A DNA stretch of 64,000 bases from Ramazzottius varieornatus (GCA_001949185.1 BDGG01000006.1:1-64000), one strand, 5' to 3'; counted from the first letter of the stretch, positions 12,065 through 25,871 are shown. Program-made: numbers and translations. Notes: a model not told the origin generated them from the letters alone.

Positions 12065-14019
12065 TTGACGATTCAGCAGGCTCCCTCCCTGCTGGTGAAC
12101 TGGACTTGTCCATCATCAGTCTGCGTGCCGCTTTCCACACTGGCACATTGACCAAAGCTCTTTGTTTAATCCTTTTGTTAAACAGCAAAGTTTTTATCTT
12201 AAACATTTGCTCCTACAGTGGCAACTCTGGAGGTCTGAAGGGGAAACCGAGCCGTTTTGCCAGGCTGTGTTCTTGAAGAGGTTGTCCACTTTCGGGCTTT
12301 AGGTTACGGAAGGTATTTCGCTGGCTGTAGCAGATGTATCGGATGTATCGTATCATGATTCTGGCTTGTACATTATCGAAAAGAAAATACGAAACTCTGC
12401 TCGAACAGTCCTGCTGTGTTTTACGCAGGATTTAATAATATTAGTACTAGCTCCTATTTGCCGGGTTGATTTCTTCTAGAGGCATCAGAAATTAGTAAGG
12501 AAATTCAGGTCAGATGACGGGGATGCTGGCTGCTGGGTTACTTATGGCAAGCCGTTTTCTGCCGGTTGCCTACAGCAGGTCTTATTGGGACACTCAGTTC
12601 TGCTAGACATGAAGGTGCTTGCCAGAAGTTTCAGAATGTAAGTTACTTGCGAGCTTTATACCTGTTACGGTCATGATGTCATCGCGCATTTGATACTAAT
12701 CAAATACGAACTACGATTATGGACCTGTTTCGCAAGTCATGTCTTCGGCTTGCACAGCATAAGTATAGATTTTATGCTGTGCAGTTATCCACGGCTTATG
12801 TTTTGCCTAATATCGCTGCAGAGAGTTTGAAATTCTGTGCAAGCTGAGTTGATTGTAGTATTGACCACTTTGGTCGAAATTTGAAATTTTGGCGTCAAGT
12901 GATCCGAGTCTTCCCGAAACTATCGCCAGAAAAAGCGAAAGAAGTCCGGGCTTTATCCAGTAGAGAGCTAAATGACAGGCCCCGCGAATTCCGATGCCCT
13001 GCTGAACTCGCGCGGCCTAATATCCCTTCATGCTAATATTCTGTGCCGGAAGTGAGCACTGAGCAAACCGCGAAACGGTTTCTGCACAGAAACTGACACA
13101 GTATAAAATCACACACATGATTTTATTCTATTCAGAGCCGAAACATGGCTTGCGAAACAGGTCTTATGAATTATGATTCATGAATTGTCATGCCTTTGGT
13201 GATATATGCCTCCCTTAGTCCCATGTTTTACCTCTGCTGTTGTCAACCGTTATTTTTCTGAGAGATTGTGAAGGCTTCACAACGGAGCAAAAAGGTAACG
13301 CAGGTGTGACGCCGGGCTGTTATTGGCCGAAAAGTTGTCTGAGTTGCAGTACGATATTGAGTGTTTCACCTTATTGCTGTTCATTTTCTAGGTACACCTT
13401 CAAGCTGAAGTCGCCGTTACAGCGTACTGTTTTCACGTGTCATGGAAAACCTTCAGTCATAGCGAGTGTAAACAAAATCGTTATTCTAGAAGTTTGTTGT
13501 CGTGCTTCAAGTGTGTCGGCCAAAGCTTTAGCTTGCAACGAGCACGCAAGGTGAAAGATTAACAATACATTGCCTTGCAGTCAGAGCTCTGCCGTTGTGC
13601 AATCCAATCACTTTTGTGGGCATTTATCGCATAGCCTTCCCTATTTTCCAGATAGTTTGGGACTTGCAGCACCATACCGAATTTCACGCCCGAAGGTGAC
13701 TGGGCCGTTGGAAAAGTCGAGGGAAGAGGGGATCTCTTTTGTATCTGCGGTTGTGTGGACAAGATATGGTGAAACGGCTGTTGCGAAACGACCTGCTCTC
13801 GTCTCTGCACGCACCCTCCATGTGCCATCACTTTCTCCTGTGCGAAGGATGGTATAGCGTCTGGTGGCGACAAGGCTGAAGGAGGCTAAGGGATTCCTCG
13901 AAGACTACCCGGTTGCAGAAGGATCATTGCCCAGATTTCCAGTTTTCAAATTATTTCAAGTGTTTGATTTGATTGATAACCTGTTGAGCCTGCTGTTGCT
14001 GTGACCACCAGCCTGCCAG

Positions 14020-16719
14020 TTGGACAGACCGCCATTGCCGGCCAAAATAGAAATGGGGGTGGAATCGCACGTGTATGACGGACAAGGTGCCTTGTTTTCC
14101 ATTTCGGGAGGTCTAAAGTCACCTGTCAGTTCGGTGTCTGAGGATGAAGCGACCCACTCGACTGTTTCCACCTACATTGGCAGCCCGGACAGCGCCGCGG
14201 TAACGGTGAAGGGAGTGGACAACGGCTCGATGGTCATTAATGGTAGCGCGGTGACGTTGGATAAGTTGGAAGATGGCAGTTTCCTCAACCGTTCGTTCTC
14301 CAACTTGTCGGAGCACGTCGAAGCAGGACTTCCGCCTGTCTACATTGTAGAGGATGCCACCATCGCACCCAAGCTGGCCCACGACGATGCACTGCCTTGC
14401 CCGGTCCTCGATGACTTTGTGCGGGACGATGTCCACGTGACCAAAGAGAGTATGATTGCCCTGTCGGTTCAGATATTTATCCCTTTCCTGTTGGCCGGCT
14501 TTGGTATGGTGGGAGCTGGTCTTCTGCTGGATACTGTTCAGGTAAGGTGGACATTATGTCTACCCATCCGTGGGCTATGTAGGATAAGGGCCATCAATAC
14601 ATAATATTATGTTTCTTGTCGACAGGATTGGCCCGTGTTTGTGGAGGTGAGCGAAATTTTCATTATGGTGCCAGCGTTACTCGGACTGAAAGGCAATTTG
14701 GAAATGACGCTGGGTTCACGGCTGTCGACACAAGTCAACATTGGCGGCTTCGAGGACTCAAAGCGGAAGTGGCGCATTATCGGTTGCAACGTGGCCCTTA
14801 ACCAAGTGTTGGCTACTGGTGTTGGCTTTCTGGCTTCCCTCTTTGCCATCGCCATGTAAGCTCATAGTTATCCCCTTCAAACGTCAAAATCTAATGTCGA
14901 CTGTACCGACGTTAGCATGACTGTTTCCGCTTGTTTGACGATCCTGTGTTGTATTGTAGGTACGCCATCAATCATGGAGGAAGTATTATTCCTCGCAACA
15001 TTGTCTTGCTGCTGGGAACCAGTGTCGTTTCCGCTTGCTCGACCAGTGTTATTCAAGGTAAGGACATGTTGAACTGAGCCTGTCTCTCTGTTGCTTGTGA
15101 GTATTTCTTGATATAACGAGTCAAATTGAACATTTGGGCACTGGGGATCGTGACGAGTGGCTGGGAACTAGCTTTAGGGGAGACACAGCGCTGCCCAAGG
15201 CTCACCAAGCTGTCTTTCCAAGTCTGCCGCAAGTGGTTTGTTGGCCTTTCACCTTTTTACCAGAATAACAGTATTTGCGGAAAGCAAATATGAAATTTAA
15301 TGGAGTCAACTAACAGACGAGCAACAATTAATAAAGGCTGATAGATTGTAGGTAAAATGATGGATGACGTCAATTTGACTGTCTGTCCCTTTTATCTTGC
15401 AGACTCTGTGATGATATTTATTGTGCTCTTTGCACGACGTTACCGTCTCAATCCCGACAATATTGCCACGCCAGTAAGCCAGAAATAACGTTGCCACAGT
15501 GTTTGTATCCGGCTTAGAAGGTGTTAACGCGCGATGGGCCTTTGCAGGTTGCGGGAGCCATTGGTGATATTCTAACACTGGGCATCCTCGTTGGCTTCAG
15601 CATGCTCTTCTATTCTGCCTTCCGTAAGTCCGCCCAGTTTTATCCGTGAATTACCGCTGATCGGGTTGTCCGGTTGAATCTCTCTTTCCGAGTGTCCCCA
15701 AGTGGACAATCGAAATCAGTGTTTGATTCTTCTTTTGTGTGTCCAAGTGAGGCCCTGGTCGAACTCGACTAACTAGCGGATCTCTCTGATTCATTATAAC
15801 AGGTACGGAGTACTACATGGTGGGGCCCATTGTCTCCATGTCGTTGATTGCCTTGCTGTTGCCGCTGTGGATCTGGATTTGTCGCAAGGAAGCGACGACG
15901 CGCCATGTCCTGATGCACGGCTGGCTTCCGGTCATCTTGGCCATGCTGATTAGCAGCTGCTCTGGCGTCATCCTGGAGCACGTCGTCTCCTCCGGCAAGA
16001 GCTACTTTAAGGATCTGCCCGTCTTTCAACCCCTCATCAACGGTACGTCCCTTGTCCCCTATAGCCATACAGCAGTGAGGCAAGACTTGGCTAGGCGTCA
16101 TCATCATTGGGTTGCCTTGCAGGTGTTGGTGGTAATATCGTGTCGGTCCAAGCCAGCCGAATTGCCACCTACCTCCATTTGGCCTACGTGGTGCCCGGCC
16201 GAGTACCGCCTGGCTACACCTTTTGTAAAGCTCCCTGTGCCGCCTTCTGTTCGCGCTCCAACATCAACGCCCGCACAGCGCGGCTGCTGATGCTGATGGT
16301 CATTCCGGGCCATCTCATCTTCCTCTTTGTCATCTCCTTCGCTCACCCCGGCTCCACCGGCATCTCCCTCCGTTTCGCCTTTGTCTTTCTGGTCATGGCC
16401 CTCATCCAAGTCTTTGTCCTCCTCTACGTCGCCGACATCCTTACCCACTTTGTCTGGAAGAAGGCTCTAGGTAAAGACCAGCCCAAGAAACTGCTCTTTC
16501 ACATTGTGTGGTGTGTGTGTGGGTGTCAGACGCTTATCTGCAGTAGATAAGCCAGTAGACTGCGTGTTTGATGGTCTTTTGCTTTGTGTGGCTGCAGATC
16601 CGGACAGTACGACGATTCCTTACCTGACATCGATGGGCGACCTACTGGGAACCGGTCTGTTGGCGCTAGGCTTCTTCCTTCTGTGGGCCACTTCCAAGCA
16701 GAGCGACCTGCAACTCTGA
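14020..16719 (+). CDS. SLC41A: SLC41 family (MgtE-like) Mg2+ transporter; a further upstream exon (about 13651-13851) is likely
   Basis: Two MgtE repeats: [21 protein letters not shown] / [11 protein letters not shown] and [18 protein letters not shown] / [19 protein letters not shown]. Stop at 16717-16719. Exon 13651-13851 would splice in phase 0 to 14020. Confidence 0.93.
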
Positions 16720-16822
16720 TCCTGATCCTCACTATGCTTTTGAAGGTTATAAGTTTGCTACATTGTATAGGTATTATACAGTATTTCGAAAATCTAAGAC
16801 AAAAAACGAAGCCTAGCACAAG

Positions 16823-19590
16823 CTAGACTTTCTGGTTCCGAGTGTCCAAAATATAAAAGACTTCTTCAAGACCACGAAAGAATGGAAAGGTTCCCAAAAC
16901 ACAGGCAGCATTTCCTCTCTGTAAGTCTACACCAAAACGCTGTCTGAGGAAATCTGACGATCTTCTTTCTCCCGTGTGGTCTGCAACTCTGTTCCCGACT
17001 TCTCTGAGCAGACTCGCTTGCCGAAGGACCAAAACTTCCGTAGGTCTCGACACCAACCGGGCAGAAAAAGTTCCGACCTTCCAGGTTCCGATACTTTGTT
17101 CGCTTGAGATCTTCGGCTTTGTTGGCTGCATCACCCGCGTTCTCCGCCGATCCACCAACATGGCTGTCGCACAGCGTGTCCACACAGGTAACGTCCCAGA
17201 CTAGGGCCTCACCTTCCTTCCAGGGAACAAGCGTCATTCCATCAGGCCGCTTCCGTGTGTCGTCTTTCAGTACACCGTTAGGCTCGAGTATTGCGTGGGA
17301 CTTACAAGTAACCAGAGCACGGCGCAGCGATCCTTTCAGTGCTGAGTGCCAGCCAACACTGTACCTACAGCTTAATCCGTGTCTCCCGTAGACGTCAACC
17401 GTTGCTGAGCATCTACAGGTGTGCGGTTCACAGATAGGCGCGCCCAGTCTTAGACCTACCGAAATCCGCAGACTGTCGTCATCGAGAAGGTTTCCCAGGC
17501 AGGATGCTGGTACGGCGTTCAGCCACGCTCCTGACTCCTTCGTCGATACCACCAACATTCTTGGCCTTTTCCGTTAATGAGCTCGCCTGGAGGACTTCGC
17601 TGAAGTTCTTTTCGACGATCGGAAGGTCCCAAGTGTGCTGGAATACGCGGAGGGCCGCTAGCGGAAGTTCGGTACTCGACACCTCCATCCATGATGTCAG
17701 TTCAGTGGCGCACAGTTCGTCCAAGTCGAAGTCAGCAACCATGGAGGTGACCAGTTGCTTTGCGGAAGAAATAGAGGCCAAATAGGTGGAGAGGGCAATC
17801 TCTTCTGCTCGGCGAAGGCCAAGTCCACCTTTTGCGACTGGAAGGCTTGCTTGTATCCAGACCGGATCAGTCATACTGGTATTGGTAATCTTTGCGGCGC
17901 TGCGACGAAGTTACATCATCAGAGTCACGAAGTAAAAGAGGAAACTTCCACACAGGACTACCTCGTAAAACGTATAACAACTTTGGCAAAAATAAGTTCT
18001 TCAACAAAAATAAAGCCTGATGGGCAGCTAGTTTTCCTAGTCTTGAAGCCATCAGCTCTGCTTGGCGGGTCTTCTCTTGTAAGACTGCTGGTACCATTTC
18101 CGGAAGAACGGGAACTTCAAGAAACATCAGGTCCACGCTGCTGAGTGGAGTGACAGTCGGGAAGATGGCTTTTACGTACGACTTGGTTGACAGCTGTTCC
18201 TTCTTGCTACCGCCAAAGACGAAGATCTCACACTTGTCCATGTTCAGTTCAAGGCCAAGGTGCGCACACTGATCAGCTACCCGCTGGAAGTCTTCAGTCA
18301 CCCTGTCGACATCCCCTCTAATTGTGGCATCATCGAGATACCAGCAGTTGAAGGCGGACTTCACGGACTTGGAAAGATCTTTGGTCACCAGATAGAAGAA
18401 CAGAGGTCCCAAAGGGTCTCCCTGCTGGACTCCACGAGCTGACTGGAGAACTTGGTCCCTGTAGATGAGATTGGAGAGCTGGCTGTACATCTGGGAGGCG
18501 AAGTGGAAGTACTGCGGCACAGCTTTCTCCACTTCTGCTAACATCCTGCCACAAAAAACAGTGTTGAAAGCATTTTTGAAGTCAAGCTTCAGCAAAACTT
18601 GACATTCAGCGCTGTTTCTTGACAAGAAAAGGCGAGCTGCGTGGACTGCTGCTTCTGCACCGCCTTCAGTTCCGTAGCCGGCTTGCTCTGGTCGAAGCTG
18701 TGCGCCCATTTCCGCCATGACGCGCTTACTAAAAACTTTACCAGCCAGGCGACGTAGAGTGCAGCCAACCGCGATAGGACGTATCCCACCATCCTTCTTG
18801 ACCAAGGCGGTCAGGGATGCACCGTACAGGAAAGGGCAGATCCCGGATGGCACCTTCCCATTCAGCATATCAGTAGTTACAGAGGCAAGGGCTTCCAATA
18901 ACTCCGTTGACATGACGTCAGTCAAACCAGAAGTCATGTCTTTCAGGTGCTGCGGTCTCAGTCCGTCAGCCCCACCAGCAGATCCATGCGGGAAACTGAA
19001 AATGGCGCTGCGGATTTCCTGGGCTATTACCGGAGGGACGGCTGGAACGCCGTCATCCATTGGCTCATCAGTGGCTGGCTGATCAATCGGATGTTTCTTC
19101 CGAAGAGCCTCCAGAGTCTCTGTGGTTCTGGGAGATATCAAATCTTCCGAGGCAAGAGTCCGCACCGCGCCACTAATGTCTCACTCGCTAAGTTTGGCTT
19201 CCACTCTTTTCCGCGTCCGAAGAAAGGTGTCGCTGTCAGGAGGCTTCTTCCGGCTGGCTTTCTTTACGAGAATGTGTTCGGATGCTTGTGGACGACTGAT
19301 GTTGGCTTTCACGAGCGAAGTAATAGACTGTTACCTTCGCAGAGACTCGTCAGGCTGGGCAAGGGCTATCGAAGGAAAGCAGAGGAACTTACACCAGGAC
19401 TCTTCGTCGTTCTTCTGATAACAGTCTCTAAGCAGTTTCAGAAAGGCAGCCGCAGCCGCTGCTCTAGCGCCTTTGGGGATCCGGCGAATCGTTGTCGAGG
19501 ACTGGAATCATCGGAGTAGCTTTTTTTCCTGACTTTCCTGAGACACTTCGGCCGGATGTTGTGCGGCTTGCTGTCTGGAAAGCTTGATGA
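16823..19590 (-). mobile_element. Decayed, 5'-truncated CRE-clade non-LTR retrotransposon (RT + Cys/His knuckle + restriction-like endonuclease)
   Basis: RT motifs RPIAVGCTLRRL, LKLDFKNAFN, QQGDPLGP, YLDD (17867-19165). Downstream CRC..HGLSC and RLE motif RPDG..WDVT..AEDLKRTKY..VETYG (16866-17558). Upstream RIPKGAR motif. Split over 4 frames plus an in-frame stop near 19330. Confidence 0.9.
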
Positions 19591-20343
19591 GTGCCTTTCT
19601 ACATACTGTACTGCTGCCCGGCCCTACTCAGAGGAAGTGGTCAGTTCGAAGATTCTTGTTTCGATGTGGTAATGGTTGGGCTGACTCTCGCACAGCCTCT
19701 ATTCCGAATGCGGCTCACGCGGATTGAACCCTGGGTTTCTCCAAAAGAGGCGAAATAAATAGAGACTGATCATGGTTAGAGCAGTTGATATCTTGCCCAT
19801 GGACCGTACTCTCGATGGCGTCATATTTCGCAGTTTGACGATTACTCTTTGATTGTTAGCCGGAAGAAAGGTCCTTCGTTTCCGTACCAGCGCTTATCGT
19901 GGTCAACACATCGTCTCCATATCATAACTCTTGTTTACGCATAGAAACTATTCGCCCTGTATCAACGTACTAACCCCAATGAGCACCGAATATAATCATG
20001 GCGAATATTCATTATAGCTTCCACTAACCTCTCAACAGCATTTCCGGGGTGTTCACCGTAACGGACAGCCCCACGTTCAAATACCGATAACGGTGCAGGC
20101 TCGGCACTTCCCTAGCTTTCGTCATTGACAGCGTTGCGCTAGCTACGTTAGCTACCCGGAACTGCGCCGTATCTTTTATGCGCCGTACCGTGTATGACCC
20201 GTTTTGGAACATTGTTTGTCATGAGGCACGACATGGATTTCAAACAGAATAATGGCCCTTGCTGACGGTGAGCGTTTCCGGCCAGAAGCTAATCTACCAT
20301 TCCTAGCAGCAGGGCAGGCTGTTGTCGGTGGAAATATCCGACA

Positions 20344-23300
20344 ATGGGTCCTTCAAGGGGACTTTTGACAATCCTGCTTGCTATCGCGCTGGCCCATCTG
20401 GACGGCTCAAGTGGTCAGTCTCCATTATCGAAAAGGGATGAGCGGAGTATTGAAACGGTGACGGTGAACTTCCCCAAGTACAACTCTTCCGGCAACCGCA
20501 ATGTCTCCCTTGAAGAATTCCAGCGCCCGTCGGCCATCAACTTTTGGTATGCGGGCCAACGTTTTTTCATGGATATGGTCCAACCACGCAAACCGTCCAT
20601 CGGTTCGTCAAAAACTTTCATTACCCATCCGGGCTATGGGGAAATGTTTCCAAAAATGTGTTCTTGCAGAGTTTGTGGTCCAGATGATCAATGAGACCTC
20701 GTCACAGAACAAAGCCACTGACGCCACTTTTGTGTGGAGCTGGCTCCGAAAAACTGTACGTAATAGGATGAATCATATTGGTCTTGCTACATGTTAATCT
20801 TCATGTTCTTCAGGAGGTCGTTGGCGTTTTTGCTCTGGTCATCATCGGCCTGCTCTTTGTCTTCGGAACTGTTTTGGGAGGTATTGTAAACTAGTTTGCT
20901 ACGTCATCCTGGCTGCCGATACTCATTCTAACATTTCAGGTGTCATATTTTGCTTATGTCAGTGCTGTTCGCGCAGCTATCAGAAGCATGACGAATCGGG
21001 TGCCAAGTGCTCGCGCTTCACACTCAGTTTCTTCATCTGCCTCTGTTGCTTCGCTATCTGGTACATCGTGACAGATCCTTTTGACATGACGCCGTGAGTC
21101 AACTTCCCGTTTTGCAGTTTTGGTATTGGGATGTTTGCCACATCGCTGAGCGATCTCCACCACTCGGCCACAACACTACCCGATATGGTTGATGCCTCGT
21201 TCCACCAAATCAATCTCATGCTAACGACCACCGAATCGGAAGTCAACACCACCATCCGCGACGGCTACCATCTGTCTAAGGAGCTCATTATTGTCGATTT
21301 GAAGAGTGAGAGGTTCCTTTATTATTTCGAAAAATCAGCCCAGTTTCCGGCAGATATTATCTAACTCGTGACAATGAGTGTAGAGCCATAGATACAAATT
21401 CTTTTTTGCAGATGCGGATACCTTCTTGAGTGGGGAACTGTATACAGTCTTCGAAGAACTGAAGGCCAACGAGACCTTGCAGAAAGTGGTGGATATCGGC
21501 GACGACCTTCTCGATGTCATCCATACCCTAGAAAGCTCGAATATTCAGGCAAAGCTGGATAATTTCACCGGGAGCTTGGCTAACATAAGCGTCGAGCTGG
21601 CTGCGCTGACCGAAGACCTCAGGGCACTTTGCGAGTCTCTCAGTAATAATGTTTCCCCTGTCAGTTGCTCTTCGTTTGCTGTCGAACCGGATAATTTAAG
21701 CTTGGACCAGCATGAAAACCTGACCCTTCAGGTAAGCTGAGCTGACTGTGCCAGAACCTAAGGATGTATCGAACCGATGGCAGTATCCTTTCCCATGGAA
21801 TTCGTGTTAGTATAGCTCAATGTGGAAGATACGATCAGGCAGTTGAAGGAGGTTCAACAAGGCTGGCACGGCGCAGAGGCCTATTCTCAGTATCAAAGTA
21901 TTCCCTCCCGTATCGCCCAAGAAGTTGCTGGAGTGACATCAGGTCGGCCATCCACCGACATCGCTACGTTTTAGTTTTTACACCGGTTGCCCACGGTGAG
22001 CTTGGTGTTGTTCCAGGTATGGTCGAAGCGTTGAAACCTGTCGATGATGGGATTGATAAGCTGATGGACCTGATTGGTGATGGGATATCTTCTCTCAACC
22101 AGTACATCCAACCATATCAGCATGACGTTATAGAAGCCATCAGTTATCCCCTCCAATACGCCCAATACATGCAAGTTTATCCCAATAGGGCTCGCGTTTC
22201 CGTTAAATCTGTGGTTTCCGGTCGGGTCAGCTCTTATGTCTGTCTATTACAGCACGGGAGTATCTATTGGGGTCTCGCTCTTCTTCGCTCTGCTGGTTAG
22301 TCTGACGGTGCTGGGCTGTTGCGCTGGCGGGATCACTTACCGGAACAAAGTTCTTCCCCCCGACCGAAGTGGAGTTGTTCGTGTGGGCGGCTGCTTTATG
22401 ATGACGTAAACAGCCTCCTGCGAGAAATTTCCATCTGCAGCCGCATTTCGCTTACTATTCGTAGGACCGTTTACCTCGGCTTGCTCCTCTGGTGGTTGTT
22501 CATGCTGCTGACCACTGTTCTCTTTGTTGGAGGCTCGCAGACGGACTCGACCATCTGCCCCATTCTTCGGGGCTCTCAAGATAATTTTTCCGCCCTGCAT
22601 CAGGTATGGTGTCTTCGTCAATCATGACTCGCCAGCTCATTGGATGCTGACGATCCTGCACCTCTGTAGCTTATCGGAGAGCTGACGAAGGCCAATCCGG
22701 CCTCCCTCAACGGCTCGATAACCATTCACAGTGTCCCCTCCCTTCTGAGTTCTTGCCGAGACGGCGCCACCATCTACACGGCTCTTGATTTGGCTAGCCG
22801 AGAATCCAACAACGCTCTCCGCTTGGTCACTGTCAACATCGGTGGTGACCTCAACTTAACCATCGGCGGTATGCAGGGTCCCTTGTCCAATCTCACATTC
22901 TTCAGTAACAGCTCCGAAGAAAAACTGCGCCAGGCGCTGAAAGTCCTGGATAAGGTGGACCTTGGCAGCCTTCTATCCGAGCTTGATGTTAGTACATCAG
23001 TACTCCCTCCCCAGTTAGACGAAAACCGTTTTCCGAATAGGATTTACTTCTCAAAAGTGGAACAAAAGTTTCACGTTCGCGGAAAATTCGTCAACTGTTT
23101 GATTAACTTTTATGCCCATCCCCATGCTGAAAATTGATACTAGTATTTCGTACTAAATTGAGTACGAAGTTTGAACTGAAAGTCGTACTTACTTTCCGGA
23201 TGTCTAACCAGGGACTGTAGCACCTATATTATACTATCACAGATTGCAATGCTAACCAGGTCGTTTCTTTGAAATTGCAGCCAAGCTCTAGGCCAATTAA

Positions 23301-24333
23301 CCAGACAGACTTTGGTCTTGTGGAAGGCAACCTACTCGCGTTGGCACAAAGCTTGGGGACACCTGGTCCAGCGGACAAGAGAGATGAGGTTGTTCAACTT
23401 GCTCAACGACTGCACAGCTTCAATACAAGGCTCATCGAAGAAATAGAATTGCAGGTAAATTATGTGCTTGTACCTTGCCTGAACGGTCAGCCTCAGTGAT
23501 CATAGATGGTTTCGTCCAGCGAAGGGAACTTCATGCGGAAGTAGTGAAACTTGATGCAAGCGTCCGTCAGTTCGCTAGCGATACGAATGATACCCTCGAC
23601 GCTGCACTGCATCTTCAAAGCTTTGCCTATGCTCAGCTAACGGACGACGCAGGAGTACTTCAAAAGGTGTGAGATACAGACTGTTCTGGATGAACTTTTC
23701 GGAATTCAGTTCAAATCTCCCGTGGTTCGGTCGAGGGACTCTAATGAGTTGTGATGGTGTTTTCCAGTCCCTTTCTGACTTTGCCATCCGCTTGTCGGAC
23801 TATGTTGTACAGTTTGTCCAGCATATTCTCGATACGGTGAGGTTCCACTCTGGATTTTCGCCTTTCTCCGCAAGAGATCGCCGTACTGCTGCAGCGTGTC
23901 CGTTGTGATGTTGTGCTGCAGGTGAAAGATGATTTGGGAGGTTGCCGCCCGGTATATGATGTCTACGACACTGCCAGCAGTTTTATCTGCTTGCACGCGA
24001 TCTCGGCACTGGTAAGGTTGCCATTATCGTACAGTATTAAACTAACATTACCTCTCTCCTCTTCCTGCAGAACGGTGTATGGTTCGCCCTGGGTCTGATC
24101 CTGATGAGTCTTCTTGTCCTCATGTTCCTCAATTGTTTTTTGTCGTCATATTACAGTCGGGCAGGGAGGACAAACGTCCGCATGGAATCGGAATCCCTGC
24201 AACCTGTACAGCGTCTTAACATCACCGATCGTGTCAATTACGCGGTACGTATCGCTGCTTTTGAGTTTTGTCAAATGTAGCCATCGACAAGGAACAGGGA
24301 ATTTACTCTGTATGTGTCTTGCAGTACCAATGA
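20344..24333 (+). CDS. prom: Prominin family pentaspan membrane glycoprotein
   Basis: Signal peptide MGPSRGLLTILLAIALAHL. TM1 is followed by the Cys cluster FCLCQCC, then paired TMs and two large N-glycosylated loops, ICPIL after TM4, and GGCRPVYDVYD..IC..ALNGVWFALG before TM5. Ends YAYQ* (TGA 24331-24333). Confidence 0.85.
23001..23219. mobile_element. Possible degenerate TA-flanked MITE in a prominin intron
   Basis: Imperfect terminal IR (tccct..gttagac / gtctaaccagggactg) bounded by TA, with an AT-rich interior. The intron is longer than its neighbours. Confidence 0.3.
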
Positions 24334-24492
24334 AGACGTCTGCTGCCATTTGCAGTCTGCGGAACTTCTTTCATGTTTCTAATAGCAAACGCGTCAAGAA
24401 AATGAGATTGCTTTTTCATTACCGTGTTAGAGTGAATAGTACAGTAGTAGCGTACTTCGTGGAACGTTCTGTAAGAAACTGTAAGAAAGAAT

Positions 24493-25651
24493 CTACAATG
24501 ACCGATCTGGAGCTTTGGTTAGATCCATAGAGTTGAATGGTAATCTTGCATAATAATCCTCTGGGCTGGGCGAAGTGCCATCTTCTGGCGCAAGCAACTC
24601 TTTCGTCACATGACGCCAAAAGTCGATGCGTTGGCATATCTGTGGTGAGCACTGCGAAAATAGATAGTGAGTCATCGATTATTCCATCGTGTTCACCCCG
24701 AGCTTCCGACGGAAGAAGTTTGAGCATCAACGCTAACGAACGTTAGTTTAGCCAGCCTGATAAGAGACCTTTGGGTTCTGCGGTTATAACTACGCCAGAG
24801 TCGTCAGTTGACTCAGATGTACCTGACTGCATATGCAACGCGCTGGCTGGCCTTGAGAATTCATCAATTTTGCTCTAAGAATTATGTCAGGATTATAACC
24901 ACGGCACTGGACATGGTTCCTTCGACTCACGTAACGCTCAATACCATACCGCGTGTGCACGAAAGGACAGAAGTTTGAAAAGATTGTAATTTATGAACTG
25001 TCTGCTGAAGGGGAAAGCGACGCGAAAGGGTATGCGTAAATTTGTTAGTCATGCTGATACAGTACTACACACAACATTTCACTAGTCTCACGTTGACTTA
25101 TCGTACATTTGCCTCGGCAGATGAAGCACGTGATCCAGCAAGACGCGTTCACATCCGCTGAAGCACGTGTTTCTATCGTCTTTTGCTAGTTTTGGGCATT
25201 TTTTTAAAGCTTGTAGTTGTTTTTGTTGCAGAGAACCCTGGCTTGGCGTTCCTGGCCAGAACCGAGAACCCATATGCGAGGGCGCATTGGTATACTACTT
25301 GCGTAAACCGGTTTCGACAAGTATCGCGGTCCTCGGTGGGCAGCACTTCTGTGTCCGGAACGAAAAGAACAGTGAGATTGGTTCTTTGCTGCTCAGGTGA
25401 GAGCAGCGGCAATAAGTCTGGTGGACGATGACGACAAAACAACAGAGCAGCAGTCCACAGACGGTGAACACGATCAGTACGAGTACCAGCACCAGTGCGA
25501 CAGGTTCTACGGCATCGCGAGCAGCTGCGCAAATTCTGTACCGAATGCCTAACAGTAATGGATTGATCACAGAACCTATTACACCTGTTTTGCTCACCAC
25601 TCCCACGGTAAGATATGCCAGACTCGTAAACAATACGAGGGATGAGGCCAA
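24493..25651 (-). CDS. Putative small multi-exon gene of unknown function convergent with prominin; structure incomplete
   Basis: Three consecutive exons join with compatible phases: ..HLPRQMYDKST|AKLMNSQGQPARCICSQ|CSPQICQRIDFWRHVTKELL..DRSL*. A hydrophobic segment (VALVLVLVLIVFTVCGLLLCCFVVIV) lies upstream, but its linkage is unproven. Confidence 0.3.
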
Positions 25652-25790
25652 TTCCGTTTCCGCACACTTTCAGTCAATCATGCCCATAGGGTGCGCTGGG
25701 CTGTATGAGGGCAAAGTCTCGATTGAGAATCTATCCAATACACAATAGGTAACCTGCTGTTTCAAAGACGCAGGTAGAATAATCCTGAAG

Positions 25791-25871
25791 CACTCTTCAG
25801 ACCCCTTTCATAGGCCCCTTTCATAGAGCAAACCCTTTCACACTCCTTTCAGACCCCTTTCATAGAGCAAA
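25791..25871. repeat. Short tandem duplication array with repeated CCTTTCA(TAG) units
   Basis: cccctttcatag occurs at about 25802, 25815 and 25854, plus two further cctttca copies. The unit cactc(c)tt(t)cagacccctttcatag is duplicated. Confidence 0.75.

Noticed and set aside
19700-19760. tRNA B-box-like GGTTCAATCC on the minus strand near the retrotransposon 5' end
   Set aside because: No A-box, T-stem or cloverleaf can be built, so neither a tRNA nor a SINE is supported.
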